From contig NC_042998.1 of assembly GCF_006345805.1 (NCBI RefSeq), forward strand, positions 22,940,001 through 23,004,000: 64,000 bases of DNA, given 5' to 3'. Position numbers and translations under genes: made by a program. The stretch comes from Octopus sinensis. Lineage: Eukaryota. Shown here piece after piece: positions 1 to 12,706 of the stretch (position 1 is its first letter; each line of letters opens with the position of its first letter). The notes below the pieces were generated by a model that worked only from the letters and a program-made list of their open reading frames with translations, had not been told where the DNA came from and searched no databases.

Positions 1-240
1 TGGTGCGTTTTTGATCAAGAATCAGAAGTCGTGACACCCACCGAAAAGAAACTACCGTCATGCCAACTTCATTGTACTGAATATTCTCAACTTTATCATG
101 GGACATGCACATAGCAATGGCTATTTGATTTATAGTCAATTGCTTGTCATCTATCACCTTGTGGTGAACACAATCAATGTTTTCCTCTGTGGTGACAGTT
201 ACAGGACATTCAGACCTTGGGCCATCTTCTAGACTCTCTC

Positions 241-298
<58 letters not shown>

Positions 299-726
299 AA
301 TTATTGTATACAGTGCTCAGGTGCACCACAACCAGTCAAAAGTGCATATGCAGTAATGTACAAATGTCTGGAAAGTGAACAGTGTATGAGTCAGATACAT
401 GCTTGCGTGTGTATGGAGGGGAGAAAATCAGGTGTAGTGTTGGCGAATCTCAGGAAGCATGGAAGTTTTGAAGGATGCAGTGCTCCGACAACTAACAACT
501 GATGCCGGCAGTTTGTTCCATGCTTCAGCAACTCTTAGCGTGAAAAAATGTTTCCAAAAGTCATGGGAGCTGTGCTGTTTTCTGACTTTGTAAACATGTC
601 CACGGGTGTTAGACAGGTGGAGTTTGAAAAGGTGCTCAGAGTTATTGTTTGTAAGATGGTTAATAATTTTATGGGTGTCTGCCAAGTCAGCTGCCAGAAG
701 TCGGAGTTTCAATGTATCCATGCCCA
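241..726 (-). mobile_element. 3' fragment of a CR1/L2-group LINE (ORF2 C-terminus, 3'UTR, (ATT)n tail)
   Basis: ORF 428-748 contains TRGH..K......FFTLRVAEAWNKLPASVV...S..SFK, the typical post-RT C-terminus. (AAT)n run at 241-296. Near-identical copy at 51854-52400. Confidence 0.85.
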
Positions 727-736
727 TGGATACATT

Positions 737-1502
737 CTTCTCCTCCAAAATTCAGCTGCCCGCGTTTGCACTGTTGATAAAGCTGGAGATTCATCCCTTA
801 ATGTAGTAACCATGTCAGCATGAATGTCCATTGGGGCTGAACCGTTTTTCTGCAGGTACATGATAACACCACGAAGCCAAATCATGTCCATTTTCAAGAG
901 AATTCGCCACCAGTTACTTTCGAAGTTTTCTTTGACCAGTCAGATGTCAGATTACCTGGGAAGAAACAATGTAGTTATTAAAAAGAAGAGAATAAAAATT
1001 AATCAAATAAGTTTTTCATAGCCCTAGCATCTCTCCTTCATAGTCAACCTAAGAACTTTTCAACCTATTTCTTTAACACCCCAAGGGGCTAAACACAGAG
1101 GGGACAACAAGACCAGACATAGGTATTAAGTCGATTACATCGACGCCAGTGCGTAACTGGTACTTAATTTATCGACCCTGAAAGATGAAAGGCAAAGTCG
1201 ACCCGGCGGAATTTGAATCAGAACGCAGCGGCAGACGAAATACCTATTTCTTTATTACCTACAAGGGGCTAAACATAGAGGGGACAAACAAGGACAGACA
1301 TAGGTATTAAGTCGATTACATCGACCCCTGTGCGCAACTGGTACTTAATTTATCGACCCCGAAAGGATGAAAGGTAAAGTCGACCTCGGCGGAATTTGAA
1401 CTCAGAACGCAGCGGCAGACGAAATACCCCTAAGCGATTCGCCCGGCGTGCTACCGTTTCTGCCAGCTCGCCGCCTTTAGAACTTTTCAACCTACACTCG
1501 TA
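737..1502 (-). mobile_element. Mariner (Tc1/mariner) 5' fragment: TIR plus transposase N-terminus, interrupted by a SINE
   Basis: ORF 709-897 RGVIMYLQKNGSAPMDIHADMVTTLRDESPALSTVQTRAAEF resembles the mariner N-terminal HTH. The minus-strand end reads TACGAGTGTAGGTTGAAAAGTTCT, a mariner-type TIR start with TA. Confidence 0.8.
1064..1478 (-). mobile_element. tRNA-derived SINE family B (head AAGGCGGCGAGCTGGCAGAA; Nin-domain-like), body duplicated
   Basis: Head at 1477, tail AAAGAAATAGG, flanked by direct repeat AGAACTTTTCAACCTA (1052-1067 and 1479-1494). About 10 related copies in the window. Confidence 0.85.
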
Positions 1503-2214
1503 CAAAGCTTGATTTGTGTAATACGGGCTCAGATAGTGATTGTATCTAATGGCATATAAGAAGCACTTCTCTCCACAGAATCACTCCAAGTTTTATATGC
1601 GAGATTGCTTTAAATATTACATGCTTTAATGGGCTAAAGACATTTTTTACTGAATATGCGCTGCTGAAATCAGAGTGCTTCTTTCTACTAAGCTCGTGTC
1701 CTTGTTGCCATCAAACATTGTATTTCGTTGAAGATGTTTAATTATAAAACAGTTATGTCCCTTACATCAACTTGCACAAGAACTAACTACGGCAGCTGAC
1801 AGTATAGGTCTCCTTAATATTGATTAAAGGATAAGAACTAGAATTTTCTTTATCAGAACATTACCTTTTTTCCTCATATATATATATATATATATATGGA
1901 TAGTAAAAATAAACTAGTTAAAGATAGGCCATTATTTAAGAAGGGTTTTTTTTTTTAAATCTTAACGTTTTCAACTGAGAAAATATGTTTATTTAGTGGT
2001 AGGGTGGGTGGAAATAATTGACAAGTTCTGGCTAAGTAAACGTTTAATTGACATATTTTATGCTAATTATGCTGAGATGAATAAGAGATATGGAATTAAA
2101 ATAGTATACGTAAAACAAAGATGGTGAGAACTGATAAAAAGAGACAAGTAAATAAAGAAATGCTGTTTCATACAGCTGTTTGAATTCATATCAGATGAAG
2201 GGATACATGCATGC

Positions 2215-2398
2215 ACACACACACACACATTCATATATATGTATATATGTGTGTGTGCATGTGCTTATATGTATATGTGTGTGTTGTGTATATATTATAT
2301 ATATGTAATATACATATATATATGAGTGTATATATATATATATATGTGTGTGTATATCTATATATATATATATATATATATAGGTGTGTATATATAGA

Positions 2399-2433
<35 letters not shown>

Positions 2434-2471
2434 GTATATATATATATATATTATATATATATATACCATAC

Positions 2472-2520
<49 letters not shown>

Positions 2521-2745
2521 AAAGATATTTGGTGTGTGTATATATATATAATATATATATATATAAAGATATTTGTGATATTTACTTACACAGAGAGAGG
2601 GTGAGAAAGATAGATAGATAGATAGATACACACACACCACAACACTATATATATGTATACATGTATATATATATATATATATAATCTATATATATATATA
2701 AATATTTTATATATATATATAAAATAATTATATATATATTCAGTT
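2215..2745. repeat. Compound (TA)n/(TG)n/(GATA)n microsatellite
   Basis: Directly visible; source of the YIYIYI ORFs. Confidence 0.95.
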
Positions 2746-3223
2746 GAAAATTCTTTTAAAGATGCAAATAATTTTCTTATCTAAACATTAATTTATTTAG
2801 AAACAAACAAAATCATAATTACTTATTAAGCTGCCAATGCTACACTTCTTTTTCGTTTTTTTTTGGGGGGGGGGGGTATTTTGTTGTTTGTTTTTTATAT
2901 TATATTTTTTCCAAGTTTTGTTTAACTTAAATGTCTGAGAGATAAGATAAATAAATGTTCATCATTTCCTTCTGTTACGTCAGTGTTGGTCACGTAATAA
3001 GAATGATAATATGTCTAAGAATAAACTGTTTCAAACAACAGGGAAGCTGCTACATGGTTGCTCAAAATGTTAGAAATAGCAGCCAAACCATCTTGTATTC
3101 GCACCTTTTTATTTTACCCCATTTCCAATATACAAGTTGACATCAGCAGAGGTATAGCTAATAGGGGAGCACATTCTTCAAAATCGGAACCTTTTCAATA
3201 GTTTTTAACTCTTTTGTTATTTA

Positions 3224-3620
3224 CTAGCAGTATCGCCCGGCGTTGCTCGGGTTTGTAAGGGAAATAACTATATAAGCATTTTTAGAGATGTAAAGTATAA
3301 TAGCCATCTCAATATGGCTAACCACAAAGGGGGGGGTGTTACTGTAGCTTTTTACGTTCTGAGATTTAATAATACATTTTTAGAGAGTTACTTCCCTTAT
3401 ATAATAGCGAAAAAATGCATTAAAAATGGGAAAAAATGATGGTAATTTTTTTTTTAAATCGTAGACTCATTGTAGACGCGCGCTAATACCCAGAAGGGCT
3501 CGATATGAATCACGACTATAAGATACCCGGTTTTGGTTAAACTGCACCGCAAAATGTGGGAGTAGTTAGGAATCTAAATCGTAGGAGACAGACACACAAC
3601 TTCACTTTTATATATAAAGA
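3224..3620 (-). mobile_element. Non-autonomous Helitron family H1
   Basis: On the minus strand it starts A|TC and ends with hairpin CCCGAGCAACGCCGGG followed by CTAG|T. Copies at 6543, 7815, 42368 and 50420. Confidence 0.85.
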
Positions 3621-3804
3621 TACCAGTAACTGTATGTTTCATACATACAATAGTCTCTCGCCATATCGGGGTTCACTTATCGCAGTTTATTATTTAAGCT
3701 TACGTCAATTCCTCCTTGATGCTATTTTGCATTTATAATAAAATAAATATATACAAATTATAAAAATAATTAAAAATTATATTTATATTTTTAAATTATA
3801 TTTA

Positions 3805-4215
3805 TAGGCTGTGTGGTAAGTAGCTTGCTTACGAACCACATGGTTCCGGTTCCAGTCCCACTGTGTGGCACCTTGGGCAAGTCTCTTCTGCTATAGCCTT
3901 GGGCCGACCAAACACTTGTGAGTGGATTTGGTTGGCGGAAACTGAAAGAAGCCCGTCGTATATATGAACATATATATATATGATTGTATGTATGTGTGTA
4001 TATGTTTGTGTGTCTGTGTTTGTCTCCCCAACATCGCTTGACAACTGATGCTGGCATATTTATGTCCAAGTAACTTAGCAGTTCGGCAAAAGAGACTGAT
4101 AGAATAAGTACTAGGCTTACAAAGAATAAGTCCTGGGGGTCGATCTGCTCGACTAAAGGTGATGCTCCAGCATGGCCACAGTCAAATGACTGAAACAAGT
4201 AAAAGAGTAAAAGAG
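3805..4215 (+). mobile_element. tRNA-derived SINE family A (TAGGCGCAGGAGTGGCTGTGTGGTAAG head, internal TA/TG microsatellite, AAGTAAAAGAG tail)
   Basis: A/B-box-like head, CORE-like CACCTTGGGCAAGTG segment; more than 20 copies in the window. Confidence 0.85.
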
Positions 4216-4301
4216 TACAGTACTGTTTCTATTTTGTGGATTTCCACCTAACGCAGGGGATTTTGGAATGTAATACCTGCGATATTCAAGGGATTACTGT
4301 A
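4216..4301. mobile_element. Short TA-flanked MITE-like element (pogo/Tigger-like)
   Basis: TACAGTA...TACTGTA ends; homologous copy at 39253-39338. Confidence 0.55.
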
Positions 4302-4600
4302 ATGACATTCTAACAGAAACATGAAATTAATGAATGTACAATACAATTATGTATATTTTAACTAATGAAATATTTCAGGTAATACAAGAGAAATGAGTTG
4401 ACAGTTGTTTGGAATGTGTCACGGTGCCTTTTTTTTTTTTTGTATATGCTCTGCCCCCCTAATTTTAGAACTTGGTTATGCCGCTGGACATAGTATGTAG
4501 TGTAAGCAATCAAACATCTTCACAGTCTTTCCCAGTCTTGCTGCATTTCACTAGGAATTTTTGTTCCTCAGAAGTTGTCTTGGTGTATAAGTCAACTTAC

Positions 4601-4644
4601 CGTTTTTGGCAGTAAATTTTGGTTTGAAGAATTTGATTTGTTTG
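4601..4644 (-). CDS. Candidate 44-nt internal exon of an unidentified minus-strand gene
   Basis: Minus strand: ctctttatttactatattttccAG|exon|GTaagt; all three frames open; no partner exon confirmed. Confidence 0.35.
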
Positions 4645-4998
4645 CTGGAAAATATAGTAAATAAAGAGACAATATATTGGATAATATAGTCTTAGGTACT
4701 GATAAAAGAATGGAATGGTTTCAGGTGGAAAGCATCTGGTTTCTTTGATTAGGTTTCACCTGAGACTAAATCACTAAAGTAACAACTCATGTGAGAGATA
4801 ACTGGATACTGCCACCACCACTGCTATCACATTTCTATTGTCATCCTGTGTACTTGTAAAAAGGTGAAACGGTCGTGGCTGGCTTCAATAATATTTGTTG
4901 TAGTGTGCTGGAGATTTTTGCAGTGATAAGCAGTTGATTAATATTTCTTTTTTGAGATGCAAAACATACACGCATGCATAGGCATACATACATACATA

Positions 4999-5270
4999 TC
5001 TCTTATTATAAAAGGCAGATTTTATCTGCCTCCCTTTGGGAGTTATACAAATCTACAATATAGGATTTCTTCAATTACAATTTACCTAGCATTTTTAAGA
5101 GTAGAATGCATCACGTCATGCCAGGTCCAGTTTTTAAAATTTAAACTCCAGTTAAGCAAAATTTACAGAAAACTCACATTCTGGTGTGTGTGTCAAATGT
5201 TTCTCTTAGTGTGGGATACAGCACACGCAAACGCACACACAGTGGGCAACGAATAAAATGAAAGTAATTC
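4999..5270 (+). mobile_element. Helitron-like 5' fragment, family H2 (second copy 7035-7310)
   Basis: Starts A|TCTCTTATTATAAAAGGCAGATTTTATCTGCCT with a subterminal inverted repeat; the two ~270-bp copies are nearly identical; no CTAG end seen. Confidence 0.55.
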
Positions 5271-5506
5271 ACTTACTGTAGTGAGTGATTCTTTCACTCT
5301 GCCTCCCACTTCCTCTTTCCACACATAGACACGCAAATATATAAATAAAATTGTAAGCTAACGTGCGTGTGTGTGAGTGTGTGTGTGTGCGCGTGTGTGT
5401 GTGAGGGTGCGTGTGTGTGTGTGTGTGTGTGTGTGCGTGTGCGTGAGTGTGTCACAGGAAAGTTTTTTACGACGAATATAAGACCTATATCCAAGTAGCA
5501 GAAAGA

Positions 5507-5770
5507 TAAGACAGTAAGGTGTGACTTGAGGGAGATTTGGCTGCTATTTCTACCATGTCTAGCTGCCATGTAGGGGTCTCCCTCATAGGCTCATACATAC
5601 ATATATACATAGATAAGACAGTAAGGTGTGATTTGGGGGAAATTTGGCTGCTATTTTACCAGGTCTAGCTACCATGTAGAGGTCCCCCTCATTGGCTCAT
5701 ATATATATACATACATAAGACAGTAAGGTGTGATTTGAGGGAGATTTGGCTGCTGTTTCTACCAGGTCTG
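5507..5770 (+). repeat. Three tandem ~110-bp units (AAGACAGTAAGGTGTGA..GAGATTTGGCTGCT)
   Basis: Visible direct repeats separated by CATA microsatellite; third unit truncated. Confidence 0.8.
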
Positions 5771-6134
5771 TTAGGCCTTCTCATGTAAACTCAAGCTTTC
5801 TCATGCCTTGAACATAAGACCAAAGCAGAGAATGTATTCTTTTATTCTTCTGCTTTTTCCAGCCATTGGTCTGTGGCCATGCTGGGGCAATGCCTGAAGA
5901 ATTGTAGTTTAATGAATCAACTCCAGTTTTATTTTTGTAAGCATTGTACTTATTCTATCTGTTTCCTTTGTCAAACCACTAGGTGACAGGGATGTAAACA
6001 AACCAACATTCGTTGTCAAGCAGTGGTGGAGGACAATCACAAGCACAGACACGCACACACACACACATACATGCATACACATATACACACATACATACAT
6101 ACATACATATATATATATGTGGTATATATATATT

Positions 6135-6388
6135 GCAGCGTGGAGGGTTGTGTAAGCCATTTAAGAAACACACAAAAACCGTTACATCACTTCAACATTT
6201 AAATTTAATTTGCCAAAATATTTTCGTCGCTTTGAGACCGCGACCTGTTCACTGACAAAAATATTGTGCTAACAGGTCGCGGTCTCAAAGCGACGAAAAT
6301 ATTTTGACAAATTAAATTTAAATGTTGAAGTGAATCTAACGGTTTTTGTGTGTTTCTTAAATGGCTTATAAAACACCTTCAACGCTGC
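6135..6388. repeat. Long palindrome (~115-bp arms, 21-nt loop), Penelope pseudo-LTR-like
   Basis: 6135-6249 is the near-perfect reverse complement of 6271-6388. Confidence 0.9.
6209..6259 (-). ncRNA. Minimal type I hammerhead ribozyme-like motif, G3-C8 variant
   Basis: Minus strand: UUUGUCA GUGAACA G GUCGC ggucucaaa GCGAC GAA AAUAUU U UGGCAAA. 7-bp stem I, 5-bp stem II, palindromic stem III. Confidence 0.6.
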
Positions 6389-6542
6389 TGCTGCACTGTT
6401 TTCGTTCCAGCACACGATCTCAGATCAAGTCACTTGCTATGCAAGTACATCTCTGTAACTATATATTATATGTATATTGGTTTAAAAACAGTAAGATAAC
6501 AAAAGAAAGAAAGAGACCTCAATATTATGTAAATAGAGGAAA

Positions 6543-6938
6543 TCTTTATATATAAAAGTGAGGTTGTGTGTCTGTCTCCTACGATTTAGATTCCTAACTA
6601 CTCCCACATTTTGCGGTGCAGTTTAACCAAAACCGGGTATCTTATAGTCGTGATTCATATCGAGACCGTCTGGGTATTAGCACACGTCTACGATGAGTCT
6701 ACGATTTAAAAAAAAATTTACCATCAATTTTTCCATTTTTAATCCATTCTTGACATATATAAGGGAAGTAAGTAACTCTCTAAAATTTATTATTAAATCT
6801 CAGAACGTAAAAAGCTACAGTAACACCCCTCCCCCTTTGTGGTTAGCCATATTGAGATGGCTATTATACTTTACATCTCTAAAAATGCTTATATAATTAT
6901 TTCCCTTACAACCCGAGCAACGCCGGGCGATACTGCTA

Positions 6939-6939
<1 letters not shown>
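6543..6939 (+). mobile_element. Non-autonomous Helitron family H1
   Basis: A|TC start, 3' hairpin, CTAG|T end. Confidence 0.85.
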
Positions 6940-6972
<33 letters not shown>

Positions 6973-7814
6973 AAAAAAGAAGGAAGAGAATTTCAATTAT
7001 CCCCATGTAGTAAGTTGTAATGCGAAAGAATGTATCTCTTATTATAAAAGGCAGATTTTATCTGCCTCCCTTTGGAAGTTATACAAATCTACAATATAGG
7101 ATTTCTTCAATTACAATTTACCTAGCATTTTTGAGAGTACAATGCATCGCGTCATGCCAGGTCCAGTTTTTAAAATTTAAACTCCAATTAAGCAAAATTT
7201 ACAGAAAACTCACATTCTGGTGTGTGTGTCAAATGCTTTTCTTAGTCTGGTTTACACCACACAACGCACACACACAGTGTGCGACGAATAAAATGAAAGT
7301 AAATGTAATATTTGTTCTGTCTATCACGCTGATAGATACATGAGTAAACTGTATGGGAAGCTAACAGATAACAGTGAGTGAAAATGTTCTTGGAAGAGAG
7401 TAAATTAGCGACAGAGTGATTTGAGCAAGACTAAACTGAAAGTATGAAACAGTGTTATTTAATATAAACAGACGACACTTATATAAACCCTTTCATTACC
7501 AAACCGCCCGAATTTACCTATTCATATTTAAATGAGAATATCAGAGTAAATCTCTTTAGTACATTCGTGATGAAAAAACGTATTATACTTCGTAAACACT
7601 TCAAATACAGTTTTGTACAAAAATCGAAGTGTAATTTTAATTCCGTGAATTATGGGAGATTTTTTTCCGAAATTGTTCTATTGTGTTTTCAAAATTTGTA
7701 ATTCTGACAAAAAATGGATACGAATTCATTATATCAAGCAGCGAGTCAGAATTCGAAGGATTTTCTACTGAAGACCTTCATAAATCTAACTCTATGACTG
7801 AAAAAAAATAAGCA

Positions 7815-8210
7815 TCTTTATATAAGAGTGTGAAGTGTGTGTCTGTCCCCTTCGATTTAGATTCGTAACTACTCCCACATTTTGCCGTGCAGTTTAACCA
7901 AAAGCGGGTATCTTATAGTCGTGATTCATATCGAGCCCTTCTGGGTATTAGCATGCGTCTACGATGAGTCTACGATTTAAAAAATTTACCATCATATTTT
8001 TCCATTTTAATGCATTTTTTCGCTTTTATATAAGGAAGAAGTAACTCTCTAAAAATATCTACGATGTGTCAACGATTTTAAAAAAAAATTTACCTTAATA
8101 TTTTTTTCAATTTTTAATGCATTTTTTTGCTATTTTTGGCTATAACTCTCTAAAAATGCTTATATAGTTATTTCCCTTACAACCCGAGCAACGCCGGGCG
8201 ATACTGCTAG
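7815..8210 (+). mobile_element. Non-autonomous Helitron family H1
   Basis: A|TC start, 3' hairpin, CTAG|T end; small internal duplication. Confidence 0.85.
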
Positions 8211-8256
8211 TATAAAATAAAAGAAGGAAAATGCACACAGTTTACATGATTGTTGT

Positions 8257-8483
8257 GGTAGTTGACCGGTTTCACATTTTGCTAATCATGACATTGAAAA
8301 ATTATTGTGATTTTGTATTTTCTTGAGAAGTTTTTAGTCCATGTTCGTGTATGAAAGTTTGTGAGTGGTTGATTCATTCACAAACTTTTATACAAGAACA
8401 TGGACGAAAAACATCTTAAGTAAATATGAAATCACAATAATTTCAATGTCATGATTAGCAAAATGTGAAACCGGTCGACTACC
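8257..8483. repeat. Long imperfect palindrome (~105-bp arms, ~13-nt loop)
   Basis: GGTAGTTGACCGGTTTCACATTTTGCTAATCATGACATTG... mirrored by ...CAATGTCATGATTAGCAAAATGTGAAACCGGTCGACTACC. Confidence 0.85.
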
Positions 8484-9294
8484 AGAACACTCTATCATTT
8501 AAAATATATTAAAACTAAGTAAACTGTATGTATTTTCCTTCCCTGATTATATATATATATATATATATATTTCAAAAATTTATCAAAAACACTATAAATG
8601 GGAAAATTTACAAAAACATTACAAACAGAAAACTCATAGCTAATTCTTCAGTCAACATTCAAAAGATCATTACAATTAGTGCCTTTAACATAGATGACAG
8701 AGAAGACTTTAACAACAATAAATCAAAGCAGCAGGGCATGGATTTAGTTATTGGCAGGACCTAACAGGTCAGATTCCTGGCTTTGAATTAGAAGGATGTT
8801 GTGCAGAGGATCTTGAGTACAAGACAATATTCCAATATTCCTGATATTCCTAGTTAGATGGAATCTGTGGGCCCACAAGGAGCAACTGAAATCCCTAAAA
8901 GGAGCATCCTATGGGACAACCTAGATGAGATGAGATGATGGATTATGCAATCACCCAGATGTTAAGTATCAAGGGCTACTAGGAAAAGAAACCTCATAAT
9001 TGATGTATCAGTCTTGAGGTATTTTTTTCTCTGCCAGCTTGCAATAAATGTTTGTACTGAGGTGTGGGTTCTCCTTTGATCATGTCAGGCCATGGGTTAC
9101 GATAGTGTTACTTGCGACAGAGAAGACCAATATAGGAGTGGCCCCTACATATGATCGCTGGTCTTTTGGAGCTGCTGTGCTCCTTTGTACATCACCAATA
9201 TCAGTCAGCTTCTTTTCTCCTGTCTTGAGGCACAAGTTCAGGTACCCCTCCATCTCACTCAGTCATTGTCATCTGCAAAGATCTGTAGCGGATC

Positions 9295-9810
9295 TTGCAT
9301 GCATGAAGTGGATTCGATCCACCACAGCCAAATTTAAATTAACACTGCAACTGAACTTTTCCCACGGTGGAACAATGGTTTTTCTCTGACAGCAGTTTTA
9401 CATTTTCCAGATGCCTTTAGCTAGGCCGAAATAATGTCTTCACCACTTGACTCTTTCTAACCTCTTCTACTTCACCAAAAGCTTGAATAGATAACAAGAC
9501 CACCAACTAGATCTATTGTTCTCAATGATATATCTATCCTTCTGGATCTTTATATAAGCAAGAACACTCCAAGCAAAAATCAGTTCATCACAGTCGTGAC
9601 GATTCAACGGAGTTAGTCACAGTCGGTGACGACTCAACGTGGTCTGGCTGACCAACATTGGTCAGAGGGAGAAAGGAAGTTTACTGCCAGCAACTGTCAG
9701 ACAACACCCTGCAATTCTCTCTAGCTCTAATTCTGTTCTCTTACAACATCATTCTATCTCTCTCTGTAATTACTACTAAACAATGAAGAGGACACAAACA
9801 CAAGCTTTAC
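9295..9810 (-). mobile_element. LTR-like interspersed repeat (homolog at 56685-57216, + strand)
   Basis: About 500 bp is the reverse complement of 56.7-57.2 kb; TATATAAAAG box on the minus strand; degraded coding-like sequence continues at 9050-9300. Confidence 0.55.
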
Positions 9811-10002
9811 TTCACATGCTTTTGGATTTATCAAAACCTGCCCTTCGAGGCAAGGTATTTGTAACTTAACGGTCAATAAATGTTTCCTTAAAACTCCATG
9901 CATTGGTCATCTTTCACATCCTACAGTATGCAATTATAACAACAACTCTTTATCGTCACAACTGATGACTTCAACATTTCATCAATAATAATCTCTTTCT
10001 TT

Positions 10003-10390
10003 CTCTTTTACTTGTTTCAGTCATTTGACTGTGGCCATGCTGGAGCACCGCCTTTAGTCGAACAAATCGACCCCAGGACTTATTCTTTGTAAGCCCAGTA
10101 CTCATTCTATCAGTCTCTTTTGCCGAACCGCTAAGTGACGGGGAAGTAAACACACCAGCATCGGTTGTCAAGCAATGCTAGGGGGACAAACACACACACA
10201 CACACATATATATATATACATATATACGACAGGCTTCTTTCAGTTTCCATCTACCAAATCCACTCACAAGGCATTGGTCAGCCCGGGGCTATAGCAGAAG
10301 ACACTTGCCCATGATGCCACACAGTGGGACTGAACCTGGAACCATGTGGTTGGTTAGCAAGCTACTTACCACACAACCACTCCTGCACCT
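10003..10390 (-). mobile_element. SINE family A
   Basis: Full-length match to the family. Confidence 0.85.
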
Positions 10391-10657
10391 TATAATGTTT
10401 ACCAATAAATCAAATCTGTTACAGATCTCACAGGATCCTGTATCGCTATCAAGCACTTTCATGTCTCTCATGCAGACATCTTTGTGGTGCCACTGGGAAT
10501 GGCTAATAGGTCTCTCCACAGAGGCCATAACCAGCTTGAAATCTTTGCTAGCATGAGAGACATAGGCTATCAGTGACTGAAGTTCTAACAGGATGTGAGT
10601 CGCAACTGCTACATCATCAGGGAACAGCATGTCTCTGATAAGTGCTGATAAGTGCTA

Positions 10658-11050
10658 AGGAGTGGCTGCGTGGTAAGTAGCTTGCTAACAAACCACATGG
10701 TTCCGGGTTCAGTTCCACTGCGTGGCATCTTGGGCAAGTGTCTTCTGCTATAGCCCCGGGCCGACCAATGCCTTGTGAGTGGATTTGGTAGACAGAAACT
10801 GAAAGAAGCCTGTCGTATATATGTATATATATATATGTATGTGTGTGTTTGTGTGTCTGTGTTTGTCCCCCTAGCATTGCTTGACAACCGATGCTGGTGT
10901 GTTTACGTCCCCGTCACTTAGCGGTTCGGCAAAAGAGACCTATAGAATAAGTACTGGGCTTACAAAGAATAAGTCCCGGGGTCGATTTGCTCGACTAAAG
11001 GCGGTGCTCCAGCATGGCCGCAGTCAAATGACTGAAACAAGTAAAAAGAG
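10658..11050 (+). mobile_element. SINE family A
   Basis: Full-length match; head-to-head with the 10003 copy. Confidence 0.85.
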
Positions 11051-11470
11051 AAAAAGAGAGAGAGAGTTGTACTTTTATCTTAGTTTGAGGCAAAATAGAT
11101 TGAAGAGACTGTCAAGTACAGATCTAGATCTTCTCTGTTGTGTCACTGAAGGCCAATTGCAGCAGCACAACAAAGAGAATTCTAGAGAATGTGGGAGTGT
11201 AGATGCAGTCTATTTTGATACATTGGGGATGGACTCAAAAGAGTTATTGTTGATTAACACTGTCCCCTTCAATTAGAGCAGAAGGGCTCAATCATGTTCT
11301 GCAGTTTTGGGGGGCAGCCATTCTCCAGAGGGATCTCTGTTGGAAGGTCAAATGCCTTGGCCCGGTTGATATAAATGATCTACAAAGGCATTTGCTATTC
11401 TCAGCACACTTCTGGAATTAATGAAGATGACCAAGTCATACTGTAACTCTGGGAATGTAAATTCTAAATA

Positions 11471-11854
11471 TCTCTCTCTATATAAACGGCAGTTTGTCTG
11501 TGCGTGTTTCTGTGTGTCTTTTTTCTTGTACCCTCACCCTGACCACGGCTTTCAACCGATTCTGATGAAACTTGACACACACATAGCCCAATGTCATAAT
11601 TCAAAACTAATGCAGCGAAAATTTTGAAAAGTTCCCCCAGTTCTGAAAAAAATCGATAAATTCGACATGGGGTCGAGAATCAGAAACACAAACCGCAAAC
11701 TGTCTAGGGGACGCAACTCCACCTTTTTTTACTCTCAAAAAAAATTTACCATCATTTTTTCCCATCTTTTTGCTATTTTTTGGCTATAACTCTCTAAAAA
11801 TGCTTTATAGTTATTTCCCTTACAAACCTGAGCAACGCCGGGCGATACTGCTAG
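11471..11854 (+). mobile_element. Mosaic non-autonomous Helitron (H1-type 3' end, different 5' half)
   Basis: A|TCTCTCTCTATATAAAC start resembles the 58039 element; 3' hairpin plus CTAG|T as in H1. Confidence 0.75.
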
Positions 11855-12026
11855 TGTGTAATAAATGCTGGTTTGTTGTAGCAGTATATGATTTACTTTT
11901 TATTTTTCAGTTTTTTGGCTTGTTTGTTTTTTTTGTCCTTCAAAGCATACAACATCCAACAGCAAAAACAAATTTAGTTTGACAACAAGACCGAAACACT
12001 AATCCATACCATCATCTAAAACAGTG

Positions 12027-12706
<680 letters not shown>

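Noticed and set aside
374-410. GTGAACA (and CTGAAGA at about 60878 and 61942) as further hammerhead cores
   Set aside because: No stem II closed by GAAA follows.
2191-2604. [10 protein letters not shown] ORFs here and at 12-15 kb, 54.6 kb and elsewhere
   Set aside because: Translations of dinucleotide microsatellites.
9050-9330. Possible gypsy integrase relic (NLAVVDR...) on the minus strand
   Set aside because: Too degraded, with multiple stops; not supportable as a separate feature by eye.
9405-9450. Hammerhead-like GCCT..AGGC-CGAAA..GUC in the LTR-like repeat
   Set aside because: The core is degenerate (CAGATGC), no stem I partner exists, and the 57-kb homolog lacks it.
10609-11276. Recurrent ORFs such as MTTDAGVFTSPSLSGSAKET and MSSNARGTNTDTQ
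   Set aside because: Chance frames of SINE family A; they recur with stops and frameshifts among copies.
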